The notes below the pieces were generated by a model that did no database searches, was not told the DNA's origin, and saw only the letters and a list, made by a program, of their open reading frames with translations. From an uncultured Spirochaetota bacterium (GTDB lineage Bacteria; Spirochaetota; Brevinematia; Brevinematales; JAOACQ01), in contig CAWEAK010000007.1 of NCBI GenBank assembly GCA_963806975.1, positions 56,034 through 120,033 on the forward strand: a DNA stretch of 64,000 nucleotides, in the 5' to 3' direction. Shown here piece by piece: positions 47,025-56,688 of this stretch. Made by a program: the position numbers and the translations under genes. Position 1 is the stretch's first letter. Every line of letters starts with the position of its first letter.

Positions 47025-47951
47025 ATGGAAGAGAAAAATCAGAAACAAATAAAAAATAACAGGCCTGTTTTAGTGCTTTTGGTGGTTTTTGTGCTGTTAA
47101 TCGCAGGAAGCTGGTATTGGTTTATTTTTGTGAACGGTTCCATCAATATCGATGATGCTTATATAGATAGGGATAAAGTATCAGTAAGTTCTAAAATGCT
47201 GGGGAAAATCTCTAAAATCTTTGTAAAAGAAGGGGAAAATGTAACCAACGGCCAATTGCTTGTTGAGTTTGACACCTCAAGCCTTCAAGCTCAGGAAAAA
47301 CAAGCGGAGGCTTCATTTGCTTATTCACAGGAAAATATCAATTTAGCTAGGATTAATTTGGAAAGGGCTCAGGATGATTTCGACAGGGCAGGGACACAGT
47401 TTAAAAGTCAGGTGATTACACTGGAGCAGTTTTCTCACTCAAAAAAGGCTTTGGAAGCAGCAGAGGCCGGATATAGTATCGCGCTCAAGCAGTCGGATGT
47501 GGCTAAGGCCCAGCTGGATTTGATGAAATCAAATCTACGGGATGCGGTAATGTCTTCTCCATTTAAGGGGATTATTGCTAAAAAGTGGCTTTTGGAAGGG
47601 GATATTGCACAGCCTGGACAGGCGATACTTACTTTAAATGATATGGAAGATATTTGGGTTACCGCGAATGTTGAAGAAATCAACATTTCTTCATTCACGC
47701 TTGGAAAGGATGTAACCATAAAAGTGGACGCTTATCCGGGCAGGATATTCAAAGGAAGAGTAATTGAAATCGGCACGGATACTGGTACTCAGTTTTCTCT
47801 CATTCCGCCGAACAACGCCTCAGGTAATTTTACTAAAGTGACTCAGAGGATTCCTATAAAAATGAGTATCGAACAGTCTGCACCTGCAGATACATCAGTT
47901 ACCTTATTGCCTGGAATGTCGGTGGTTGTAAATATTAAAAAAAGAGGATGA
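47025..47951 (+). CDS. HlyD/EmrA-family membrane fusion protein
   Basis: N-terminal TM helix, coiled-coil region and lipoyl/beta-barrel motifs (SPFKGIIAKKWLLEGDIAQPGQAILTL). Confidence 0.85.
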   Translation: MEEKNQKQIKNNRPVLVLLVVFVLLIAGSWYWFIFVNGSINIDDAYIDRDKVSVSSKMLGKISKIFVKEGENVTNGQLLVEFDTSSLQAQEKQAEASFAYSQENINLARINLERAQDDFDRAGTQFKSQVITLEQFSHSKKALEAAEAGYSIALKQSDVAKAQLDLMKSNLRDAVMSSPFKGIIAKKWLLEGDIAQPGQAILTLNDMEDIWVTANVEEINISSFTLGKDVTIKVDAYPGRIFKGRVIEIGTDTGTQFSLIPPNNASGNFTKVTQRIPIKMSIEQSAPADTSVTLLPGMSVVVNIKKRG

Positions 47952-47959
47952 TAAAATAA

Positions 47960-49574
47960 ATGGAAGAAAAAGGAACATTAAGAAAGGGCGGAAGATTCCT
48001 GCCGCGTGCAAACCATAAGCATGAATATTACAATGCGATGGTATTGGTAAATATAATGGTAGGAACATTTATGGCCGTGCTTGATTCTACAATCGTCAAT
48101 GTCGGTCTGACTAATATGATGAATTCATTCGGAACCAGCATGGATAAGGTCGAATGGATTTTAACCGCTTATATGCTAGTTATGGCAGTGATGCTTCCGG
48201 CTTCAGGCTGGATCGCCGATCATTTCGGCTATAAAAGAACCTATTTTACCGCTCTCCTCCTGTTTACTTCCGGATCGCTTCTCTGCGGCCTGGCCTGGAA
48301 TGAAACTGTATTGATCGCCTGCAGGGTGATTCAGGGCTGCGGCGCAGGACTTTTAATGCCTGTCGGTATGGCGATAATCACAAGGACTTTCCCGCCGGAA
48401 AAGAGAGGAATGGCTCTGGGTTTTTGGGGCATTGCCGCCGCTGCGTCGGTTTCATTCGGTCCGGTAATTGGAGGATATCTGATCGATAATTTCAGCTGGC
48501 ATGCGATTTTCCTTGTAAATGTTCCCGTTGGAATAATGGGGCTTATCGCTACAGTTATTATTCAGAGGGAATACAAGACTGAAAAAAGCCGTACTTTCGA
48601 TATTGTAGGTACTATTTCCATGGCAGTTTTCCTGGTTTCATTACTTCTCGCTTTATCCTGCGGGAATTCAACCTGGAACACCGGCGGATGGACATCGAAT
48701 TTTATCAGTAACATGTTTTACTTTTTCAATAATCGGTTTTGCGGTTTTTATCTATGTTGAATTGCATATCGAACATCCGCTCATAGAGTTGAGACTTTTA
48801 AAAGATTTTAATTTTTCCATAGCGAACCTTGTATTCTTTATATTTGGTTTCGGAATGTTTGGAAGCACCTTCCTTCTTCCATTTTATTTGCAGAATTCTC
48901 TTGGATATACTGCTCTTCAGGCTGGTATGTTTTTCCTGCCCGTCGGATTGATTCAGGCTTTGATGTCGCCGGTGTCTGGCTTTTTATCGGATAAAATCAA
49001 TCCAAAAATCCCCGGTTTTTTAGGAATGTCCCTTCTGGGGCTGGGATTGTATATGCAAAGCTATTTAAGCCTATATTCAAATACCTCGCAGATAACCATT
49101 CCACTGATAATCCGGGGTTTTGGAATGGGAATGATAATGGCTCCTCTGGGTTCGCTGGCGCTTTCAAAATTGCCGAGGGAAAAGCTGGCCCAGGCATCGG
49201 GGTTATTCAATGTTATACGTCAGCTTGGAGGAAGCTTTGGTGTTGCTGTTATGGGAACCCTTCTTTCCCGTCAGGTAATTATCCACACTGCTAATTACGG
49301 CCAATCAGTCGACCGCTATTCTCCGGTATTTCAGCAAGCGGTTCAGGGGTTTAAATTTATGATTCAGCAATCTCTGGGAAAAAATGCCATGGAAGCCTTG
49401 TCTATTTCACAAACGACTGTAATTCAGAATATTGCAGGGCAGGCTTTTGTCCAGGCGATTTGCGATGATTTTCTTTTAGCCGGATTAGCTACATTTGCTT
49501 GTGTTATTCCCTTGCTGATATTGAAAAATCCTAAACACCGTGAGGTAAAAGTTTCAAACGTTAATATGGAATAA
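47960..49574 (+). CDS. DHA2 (EmrB/QacA) family MFS efflux transporter (apparent frameshift)
   Basis: ORFs 47960..48760 and 48762..49574. The second frame stays open upstream and reads ...VTCFTFSIIGFAVFIYVELHIEHPLIELRLLKDFNF (the canonical TM6-TM7 linker). The lesion lies near 48700-48730. Confidence 0.85.
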
Positions 49575-49658
49575 TCACATAATGAAAAATGACATTCAAC
49601 GCTATAATGTTGGTTTTTATAAATATTAAATCTTTCAATATCGGATTGGAGATTGAGA

Positions 49659-49718
49659 TACTGAGTTGCAATCAAAAAGAACTCAGTAAGCATCCGGGTA
49701 TAAGAATTGCAATTACAT
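49659..49718 (+). repeat. Copy 3 (internally deleted) of the structured intergenic repeat
   Basis: TACTGAGTTGCAATCAAAA..AGAACTCAGTAAGCATCC..GGTATAAGA matches the 5' hairpin and junction sequences of copies 1 and 2. Confidence 0.4.
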
Positions 49719-49733
49719 ATTAAAAATTGGAAT

Positions 49734-50816
49734 TTATTTTGCACCGGCTTTTTTTAATTGATTAATAATATCATTATTTTTATCAGCTAACATTAAAGCC
49801 GTTCTGCCGGAATTATCAACGGCGTTGATGTCTGCTTTTGCTTCGATTAACTCTTGCACCGTGTCAATCTGCCCATTATCAGCCGCTTCCATCAAAGCCG
49901 TTTTACCGAAAATTTTATCTGTAGCATTTATATCTGCCTTAGCATCGATTAACACCTTAACTATATCCGTTTGACCATTACCTGCTGCTTTTATCAAAGC
50001 TGTCTCACCGTCTTCATCAATAGCGTTAACATCAGCCTTAGCCTCGATTAAAGCTTTGATTACATCCGTTTGACCGCTGCCGGCCGCTTTCATCAAAGCT
50101 GTCAGGCCGGAGTTATCAACGGCGTCAATATCAGCCTTAGCCTCGATCAAAGCTTTAACAGCTCCGATATGGCCGTTATCTGCCGCTTCCATTAAAGCAG
50201 TCTCACCGAATATATCATCCACCTTATTAATATCAGCCTTAGCCTCGATCAATACCTTAACTGCTTCCGAATGACCAAATTTTGCCGCTTCCATTAAAGC
50301 AGTTTTGCCGTTTTTAGACCCTGAGTTAACATCGGCCTTAGCTTCAATTAATGCTTCAACAACTTCCGTACTTCCGCTCTTTGCCGCTTCCATTAAAGCC
50401 GTTTCTCCGTCTTCATCAACTGCATTAACATCGGCCCCGGCTTCAATCAAAACTTTAACTACATCTGTTTGGCCGTTTCCTGCCGCTTTCATCAAAGCTG
50501 TCTTGCCAAAATTTTTATCCATCAAATTTACATCAGCCTTAGCTTCGATCAGTAATTTAACTACTTCTGTCCTTCCTTTCTTGGCTGCCTCCATTAAAGC
50601 AGTTTCGCCATCTTCATTTACAGCGCTGATATCAGCCTTAGCCTCAATCAATAATTTAACAGGTTCTGAACAGGCCATGTTCTGCCGCTAACATTAAAGC
50701 CGTCCAGCCGAATTTATTAACTTCGTTTATATCAGCCTTAGCCTCAATCAATGATTTAACATTTTCTGTATTTCCTTTTTTAGCTGCTTCCATCAAAGCC
50801 GAATAACCCTCTATCA
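49734..50816 (-). CDS. Ankyrin repeat protein, about 11 tandem 33-aa repeats (apparent frameshift near the 5' end)
   Basis: Repeats of G.TALM.AA..G..(E/D)VVK.LIEAKADVNA.D. The upstream frame MIEGYSALMEAAKKGNTENVKSLIEAKADINEVNKFGWTALMLAAEHG joins SEPVKLLIEAKADI near 50664-50680. Confidence 0.8.
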
Positions 50817-51209
50817 TATTTAGTAATCCTCCTTCTTACTGAATAAGAAAAATGATACATTACTAATTATATTATTTACGGCATATTTTTACAAATATTA
50901 ATTATATTAAATACAAACATAATCATAAAAGGAAATTATATTACTCAGGATAACCTGAGATATCTTTTCAAGATTTCTTTTCTGGAATTTAAGGGTAGTA
51001 TGAAAATATGAAGATAATGATTTTCAATAATGATATAATATTAAGCTTTGATAGTGTTAAATTGAATAAAAAACAGTGCGAAGCCAATGATTGAAGAAGT
51101 GAGAAAAGCTTTTTTCAGTGAAATATATCAAAAGAGAAAGAATTTTGATGAATCACAGGATATGCAAGAAAGTCTTCTCTGCAATGAGGAATATTTTTTT
51201 GATGATCCG

Positions 51210-52709
51210 CTATAATAAACAGACCTTTATTTCCCTTGCGGCCTTTGTTTCATCAGGGCGGGCAACCGGCATTTTTTCCGGCGCATTATGAAGAACCTCA
51301 GGATTCGTTTCCGCCGTTTGAGCGATATCTATCATTGCCTGAATGAACCTGTCTAATGTATCCTTACTCTCCGTTTCTGTCGGCTCAATCATTATTGCTT
51401 CCTTAACGATTAGCGGGAAATAAACAGTTGGGGGATGAAAACCTCTGTCTATCAAAGCCTTGGCGATGTCTATTGCATGAATGCCTTTATTAAGCTGTTT
51501 TTCAGCGGAAAAGACGCATTCGTGCATACAGCTTCTGTCATAGGGAAGCTCATAATACTTCTTTAAACCTGACATAATGTAATTGGCATGTAATACCGCT
51601 TTTTCGCTTGCTTCGATAAGTCCCTCCCTTCCGAGAAGCAGAATATAAGCATAAGCCCTGATTAAAACGCCGAAGTTTCCATAATATGTAGTTACTCTGC
51701 CTATGCTTTGCCTGCCTTCATTTAACAGTGAAAAACTTCCATCCTGATTTTTTATTATTCGCGGAAGAGGTAAATAGGGTATAAGAATTTCTTTTACGCC
51801 GACAGGGCCAGCGCCAGGGCCGCCTCCTCCATGCGGAGTGCCGAAGGTTTTATGGACATTGACATGGATTACATCAAAACTGACATCGCCGGGGCGGACT
51901 TTACCGAGAACGGCGTTGAGATTGGCTCCATCATAGTACATGAGGGCGTCAACAGAATGTGCCAGGTCAGATATTTCCTTGATTCTTGTTTCAAAAACCC
52001 CAAGTGTGTTGGGACAGGTCATCATAACGGCGGCCGTTTCATTATTCAAGGCCTTTTTAAATTCTTCGATATTCATTTCCCCGTTAGGAAGGCTTGGGAT
52101 AGTAATTATCTCATATCCTGCCATGGTGGCGCTTGCGGGATTTGTGCCATGAGAAGAGTCTGGAACGATCACATATTTTTTATTATTTCCCTTATTCCTG
52201 TGATATGCGGCTATGAGCATTATTCCTGTCATCTCTCCATGCGCTCCTGCAAGAGGCTGAAGAGTAACTTCATCCATTCCGGTTATCTCGGCAATGAGGC
52301 GTTCTGTTTCAAACATAACCTCAATGCTTCCCTGCGTAAGGTCTTCTCCGCCTGGAATCTGTGCCAGGAGCGGGTGGATTTCAGTAAAACCTTCAAGGTT
52401 TGCCGTCTTTTCCGATATTTTTGGATTATACTTCATTGTGCATGAACCGAGGGGATAAAAATTGGTATCCACGGAATAATTCATCTTTGAAAGGTTTGTA
52501 AAGTGCCGCACAACATCCAGTTCGCTAACTTCCGGCAGAAAAGATTTCATCTCTTGAGATGAAATCTTATTTCTTAAGTATTTCTCAGGAGGCATTTTAG
52601 AATCAGGCACATCCTGTTCGGGGAGTTTTACTCCAGTCCTTCCGGGAACGGAATCTTCAAAGATTAAAGGGACTTTCTGGATAGCCATCATTTTAATATT
52701 TAATTCCAT
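51210..52709 (-). CDS. gcvPB: Glycine dehydrogenase (decarboxylating) subunit 2
   Basis: 499 aa. SHGTNPASA and NVHKTFGTPHGGGGPG (PLP-lysine region). Confidence 0.9.
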   Translation of the reverse strand: MELNIKMMAIQKVPLIFEDSVPGRTGVKLPEQDVPDSKMPPEKYLRNKISSQEMKSFLPEVSELDVVRHFTNLSKMNYSVDTNFYPLGSCTMKYNPKISEKTANLEGFTEIHPLLAQIPGGEDLTQGSIEVMFETERLIAEITGMDEVTLQPLAGAHGEMTGIMLIAAYHRNKGNNKKYVIVPDSSHGTNPASATMAGYEIITIPSLPNGEMNIEEFKKALNNETAAVMMTCPNTLGVFETRIKEISDLAHSVDALMYYDGANLNAVLGKVRPGDVSFDVIHVNVHKTFGTPHGGGGPGAGPVGVKEILIPYLPLPRIIKNQDGSFSLLNEGRQSIGRVTTYYGNFGVLIRAYAYILLLGREGLIEASEKAVLHANYIMSGLKKYYELPYDRSCMHECVFSAEKQLNKGIHAIDIAKALIDRGFHPPTVYFPLIVKEAIMIEPTETESKDTLDRFIQAMIDIAQTAETNPEVLHNAPEKMPVARPDETKAAREIKVCLL

Positions 52710-54058
52710 AACACAGCCTCTAATTCCTCAGCGAATGATAAAATCTCAATTTTTGTGCGCTTTTCCGTGAAGGCTGAGAGTAATAGATTATCAGTATTTT
52801 TATAGTAATTATTGAAAAATGTGCTTCCAAGAGGCAGTCCGCCTATAATATTCTTTTCAAGAAGCTTTTTAACAACATCAGCCGCGTTTACCGGAAGTTC
52901 AAGGATAAATTCATTGAACGTGGGGTTCTTGTTCCAGATCCTTACGCCTTTAATCTGTGATAGTATACCCTTTGCAAACTCGGTTTTATTATAGTTAAGT
53001 TCCGCGATTTTCTTAAACCCGCTGTTGCCGATAAGCGAGAGATAGATTATTGCCCTCAATGCGCAAAGGCTTTCGTTGCTGCATATATTTGATGTAGCCT
53101 TCTGCCTTTTAATATGCTGTTCCCTTGCCTGAAGGGTTAAAACGAAACAGCGTTCGCCGTTTTTATCCACAGTTTCTCCGACAATCCTTCCGGGAATCTG
53201 ACGGATGAACTGTCTTTTTGCGGCAATAAATCCAAAGCTTGGGCCTCCGAAAGACATTGTATTTCCAAGGGATTGCCCGTCACCGGCCGCGATGTCGGCT
53301 CCGCTTTCCCCCGGAGATTGGATTAATCCGAGTGAAACCGGGTATACAGATTCTACGGATAGAATACCTTTTTCATGCGCCATTTCTGAAACATCGCTGT
53401 AATTATCAATACTTCCAAAAAAATTTGGATTTTGAAAAATAAAACATGCCATACTTTCATCAAGCATAGGCTTTAATAAATTTCTATCAATAGCATCAGA
53501 TTTTGAAGTAATTATAATTAATTCTATATCCCTGTTTTTTAAATATGTATTCAATACCTCCAAATAAAAAGGGTTAACATGTCTGTCGATAAGGATTTTT
53601 TTTCTACCGGTTATCCTGACTGCCATGAGTGCAGCCTCAGCCAGGGCCGTTCCTCCGTCATAAAGAGAGGAATTGGTCACATCCATTCCTGTTATCCGGC
53701 AGATTGCCGTCTGGTACTCAAAAAGGGCCTGCAATGTTCCCTGGGAACATTCGGGCTGATAAGGAGTATACGCGGTGTAGAATTCGGCCCTGCTTGACAG
53801 CGCATCAACGGCAGCCGGTATAAAGTGATCATATATACCGCCACCTAGAAAACAGATGCAATCCTGAGCATAGCAATTCTTTCGCGACAATTTTTTGAGC
53901 TTTTCAAATACTTCAATTTCCGAAAGCCCGGCAGGCAGGTCAAAGGATTTTGTCATCATATCTTCGGGTACGGAATCGAATAAATTAGCAATTGAATTTA
54001 TGCCTATGGCAGAGAGCATTTCTTGAATCTCTTGCTCTGTATCAGGACAGTAGTTCAT
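52700..54058 (-). CDS. gcvPA: Glycine dehydrogenase (decarboxylating) subunit 1
   Basis: 452 aa. FYTAYTPYQPECSQGTLQALFEYQT signature. Confidence 0.9.
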   Translation of the reverse strand: MNYCPDTEQEIQEMLSAIGINSIANLFDSVPEDMMTKSFDLPAGLSEIEVFEKLKKLSRKNCYAQDCICFLGGGIYDHFIPAAVDALSSRAEFYTAYTPYQPECSQGTLQALFEYQTAICRITGMDVTNSSLYDGGTALAEAALMAVRITGRKKILIDRHVNPFYLEVLNTYLKNRDIELIIITSKSDAIDRNLLKPMLDESMACFIFQNPNFFGSIDNYSDVSEMAHEKGILSVESVYPVSLGLIQSPGESGADIAAGDGQSLGNTMSFGGPSFGFIAAKRQFIRQIPGRIVGETVDKNGERCFVLTLQAREQHIKRQKATSNICSNESLCALRAIIYLSLIGNSGFKKIAELNYNKTEFAKGILSQIKGVRIWNKNPTFNEFILELPVNAADVVKKLLEKNIIGGLPLGSTFFNNYYKNTDNLLLSAFTEKRTKIEILSFAEELEAVLWN

Positions 54059-54060
54059 TT

Positions 54061-54432
54061 TTACAACCCCTTTAAGTATTCCTCATATTGAACGCGGTTC
54101 ATTAATTTATCGCTTTCCGAAGGATTGGAAAGCTGAAGCTTAACAATCCAGCCTTCAGTTTCGGCCTTTTCATTTATTATCTGAGGTTCGGTCTCAAGAT
54201 TATTATTAACTTCCGAAACCCTGCCCGACATAGGTGAGTAAATATCGCTTGCGGCTTTAACGGACTCAATCGCACAAAGTATTTCTCCATTCCTGGTTTC
54301 TTTACCTATCTTCGGCAGATCGATAAACGTGATATCTCCAAGCTGATTCGCGGCATAGGCCGTAATACCCATAGTACCGGTATTACCCTCAATTGAAACC
54401 CATTCATTATCCTTTGTGTAAAAAATCCCCAT
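54061..54432 (-). CDS. gcvH: Glycine cleavage system H protein
   Basis: IESVKAASDIYSPMSGRV (lipoyl-lysine motif). Confidence 0.9.
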   Translation of the reverse strand: MGIFYTKDNEWVSIEGNTGTMGITAYAANQLGDITFIDLPKIGKETRNGEILCAIESVKAASDIYSPMSGRVSEVNNNLETEPQIINEKAETEGWIVKLQLSNPSESDKLMNRVQYEEYLKGL

Positions 54433-54530
54433 AAAACCCCTCCTAGGCTTTAAATTTTCAGTAAAATTTTTAGCACTTTGAATTTATATGAAAATATTTT
54501 CAGCTTCTTTAAGATTCACTTTCTATTCTT

Positions 54531-55619
54531 CTATTTCCTTATCGAACCTTGTTTATAAAAAGGCAGATCAACTATTTCAGCTTCCATCTCTATTGTTTCC
54601 TTCTTTACAAGAATTTTTGTTCCTGTTTTTGCAAATTCGGGAAAGATATAACCGAGGCCGATTCCGCAGGATAGAATAGGGAAAAACAACCGCTTGTTAC
54701 CTTGCCGATATCATTTCCATTGAAAAATATTCTGTAATGCTGTCTTGGAGAGCGTCGCGAAAATGTCTTTAATGCTATTTTTATTTTCTTTATGCCTGTC
54801 TGTTTTTGTTTTATTAAAGCTTCTTTTCCAATGAATTCTTTTTTATAATCTACAAAAAAATCAAGACCGGCTTCAATAGGTGTTGTATTTTCATCAATAT
54901 CCTGGCCGTAAAGACTGTAGCCAACTTCTAATCTTAAAATATCTCTGGTTCCAAGACCTGCGGGTTTTATACGATTGTCCTGCAATAGTAATTTCCATAA
55001 TTCATTAACTTTATTGCTGTTTATATAAATCTCATAACCCAGCTCGCCTGTATAACCCGTACGGCTTATGGTTAATAATTCTCCTAAAATATTTATTCTT
55101 TCAAGACCAAAATAAGGGGTACTCTGAAATTTCATTACCGAATTTTTCTTTTAAAATATCTCTTGATAAAGGTCCCTGAATATCGAGTTTTGCAGTTATA
55201 CCGGAAATATTTTCAAATTCAGCGTCTTTTTTTATGAAGGATTTTAAAATTTTGAAATCTTTTTCTATTGTTGCGGAGTTCACAACAATCATAACCTCAT
55301 TATCAGAATACCGATATATAATCAAATCGTCGATTATCCCGCCATTTTCATTGAGTAAAAAACCATATTTACATTTTCCAATCCGTATTTTTGAGATTGA
55401 GAAAGAAAGAGCATTTTCAATACCACTTTTTTCAATATCCCCATTAAAATATAATTCACCCATGTGGCAGATATCAAAAAGGCTGGCTTTTTCCCTGCAT
55501 TGCCGGTGCTCTGATAGAATTCCACTGTATTGTATCGGCATTATCCATTCGCCAAAGGGCGCCAATTGAGCCTTTAAAATCTCATGTTCATGAAAGAGAG
55601 GGGTTTTTAAATACTCCAT
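54531..55619 (-). pseudogene. gcvT: Glycine cleavage aminomethyltransferase GcvT with two frameshifts
   Basis: N-terminal ORF 55101..55619 (TPLFHEHEILKAQLAPFGEWIMPIQY) and middle ORF 54605..55135 (ISRTGYTGELGYEIY). The true C-terminus, SPILSCGIGLGYIFPEFAKTGTKILVKKETIEMEAEIVDLPFYKQGSIRK*, is in a third frame after a C-run near 54679-54681. Confidence 0.85.
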
Positions 55620-55641
55620 CAGTATATCCTCAAGTTGAATT

Positions 55642-56277
55642 TTATTTGCCGCTTTTTAGAAGAAAATTTGCTGCGTTAATTAGCCGCTTCTTAAAATCAG
55701 AACTGAAACCATTTCTTGTTGACATTTTGATCAAGTACTGACTCGATGATTTTGAATTATGTTTTAATACAGCAACCAAAAGTATATTTGCCGCTTTTTC
55801 ATCAGTTATTTCTCCAGATAAATTATTTAGTGTTTCAAGACCTACTGGAGAAGGACGTATTTCACCCAGGGCCTGAATCATGACCATCCGGCTTTCTTTA
55901 TCTTTAATGTCCTTCAAATATTTTGAAATCTCAATAGCATCCTGATTATCGCCAATCTGACCTATTGTCCAAACAGAAATAAGGAATATATCCTTCAATT
56001 GAGAAGCCATCTTCTGGTTACCCTCATTCGCCATAGGGTTTGATTGAGCCATCCAGCTGAAAACATCCTTTTTAGCATTTGTAAGCTTTAATTCACCGAT
56101 CCTTTTGATTCCTCCATAAATCATATCATTATCGTTGAAATGAATACTCTCAATTAATTGATCATAATTTGAAGCATCCATAGACTTGAAATAATCATCA
56201 TAGGTTGTTATTTCAGCATAACAAGAAGATATAACTGCAATTGAAAAAAAACAAACTAAATAAATAAATTTCTTCAT
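55642..56277 (-). CDS. Lipoprotein with HEAT-like repeats
   Basis: Lipobox AVISSCY. MIQALGEI / IGQIGD helical-repeat segments. No confident family. Confidence 0.4.
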   Translation of the reverse strand: MKKFIYLVCFFSIAVISSCYAEITTYDDYFKSMDASNYDQLIESIHFNDNDMIYGGIKRIGELKLTNAKKDVFSWMAQSNPMANEGNQKMASQLKDIFLISVWTIGQIGDNQDAIEISKYLKDIKDKESRMVMIQALGEIRPSPVGLETLNNLSGEITDEKAANILLVAVLKHNSKSSSQYLIKMSTRNGFSSDFKKRLINAANFLLKSGK

Positions 56278-56640
56278 AAATTACTCCAATATTAAATATC
56301 AGATTAATTATAATACCGTTTTTCCTTTTTTTCAATGAAATTACAAACCTGTTTAGACTCAAATTATGTACACTATTAATACAGCATAAAGATACCATGA
56401 TTAATTCGCAATCTTTAAATAAATATTTTTGTTAATAATAAATTTATGGTGATTAATTATTAATCTAAGTATTGGTGCTATGATTAATGAATAATCATTT
56501 TTTGTAGATTTAATTATACATTTTAACTTTTTTAATTAGAAAATTGAATTTAAAGGTATTTTTTATTTCTTTATTTATAAGTTAATTATGGCTTAAAATC
56601 ATATTTGTATGTAAGAATTGAATAAAATTTCATTGGATTT

Positions 56641-56656
56641 TGGCATAAGGTTTGCA
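56641..56656 (+). promoter_or_regulatory. Sigma-54 (-24/-12) promoter TGGCATAAGGTTTGCA upstream of amtB
   Basis: Matches TGGCAC-N5-TTGCW with GG and GC exactly 10 nt apart. It lies 33 nt upstream of the amtB ATG, which has a GAGGAGG RBS. Confidence 0.6.
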
Positions 56657-56688
56657 TTTGTTATTACATATGTTTGAGGAGGTTCATA

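Noticed and set aside
50305-50691. 128-aa plus-strand ORF with repetitive SINASTTSVLP units
   Set aside because: It is the mirror-frame translation of the ankyrin tandem repeats on the opposite strand. The periodicity comes from the ankyrin gene.
49734-50816. Regular 99-bp DNA periodicity, considered as a possible CRISPR-like array or satellite
   Set aside because: The period equals one 33-aa ankyrin repeat, the whole region is one long ORF, and there are no unique spacers.
50980-51209. Two short plus-strand ORFs (28 aa and 42 aa) between the ankyrin gene and gcvPB
   Set aside because: No convincing RBS and no recognisable motif. They could be a decayed gene, but this is unsupported.
51831-52445. 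204-aa plus-strand ORF (and 51940..52152)
   Set aside because: It is entirely antisense to the well-conserved gcvPB gene and has no recognisable domain.
55620-56400. Expected glycine riboswitch upstream of gcvT
   Set aside because: The gap to the upstream gene is only 22 nt. The next intergenic region is AT-rich and lacks the conserved aptamer core. Not called.
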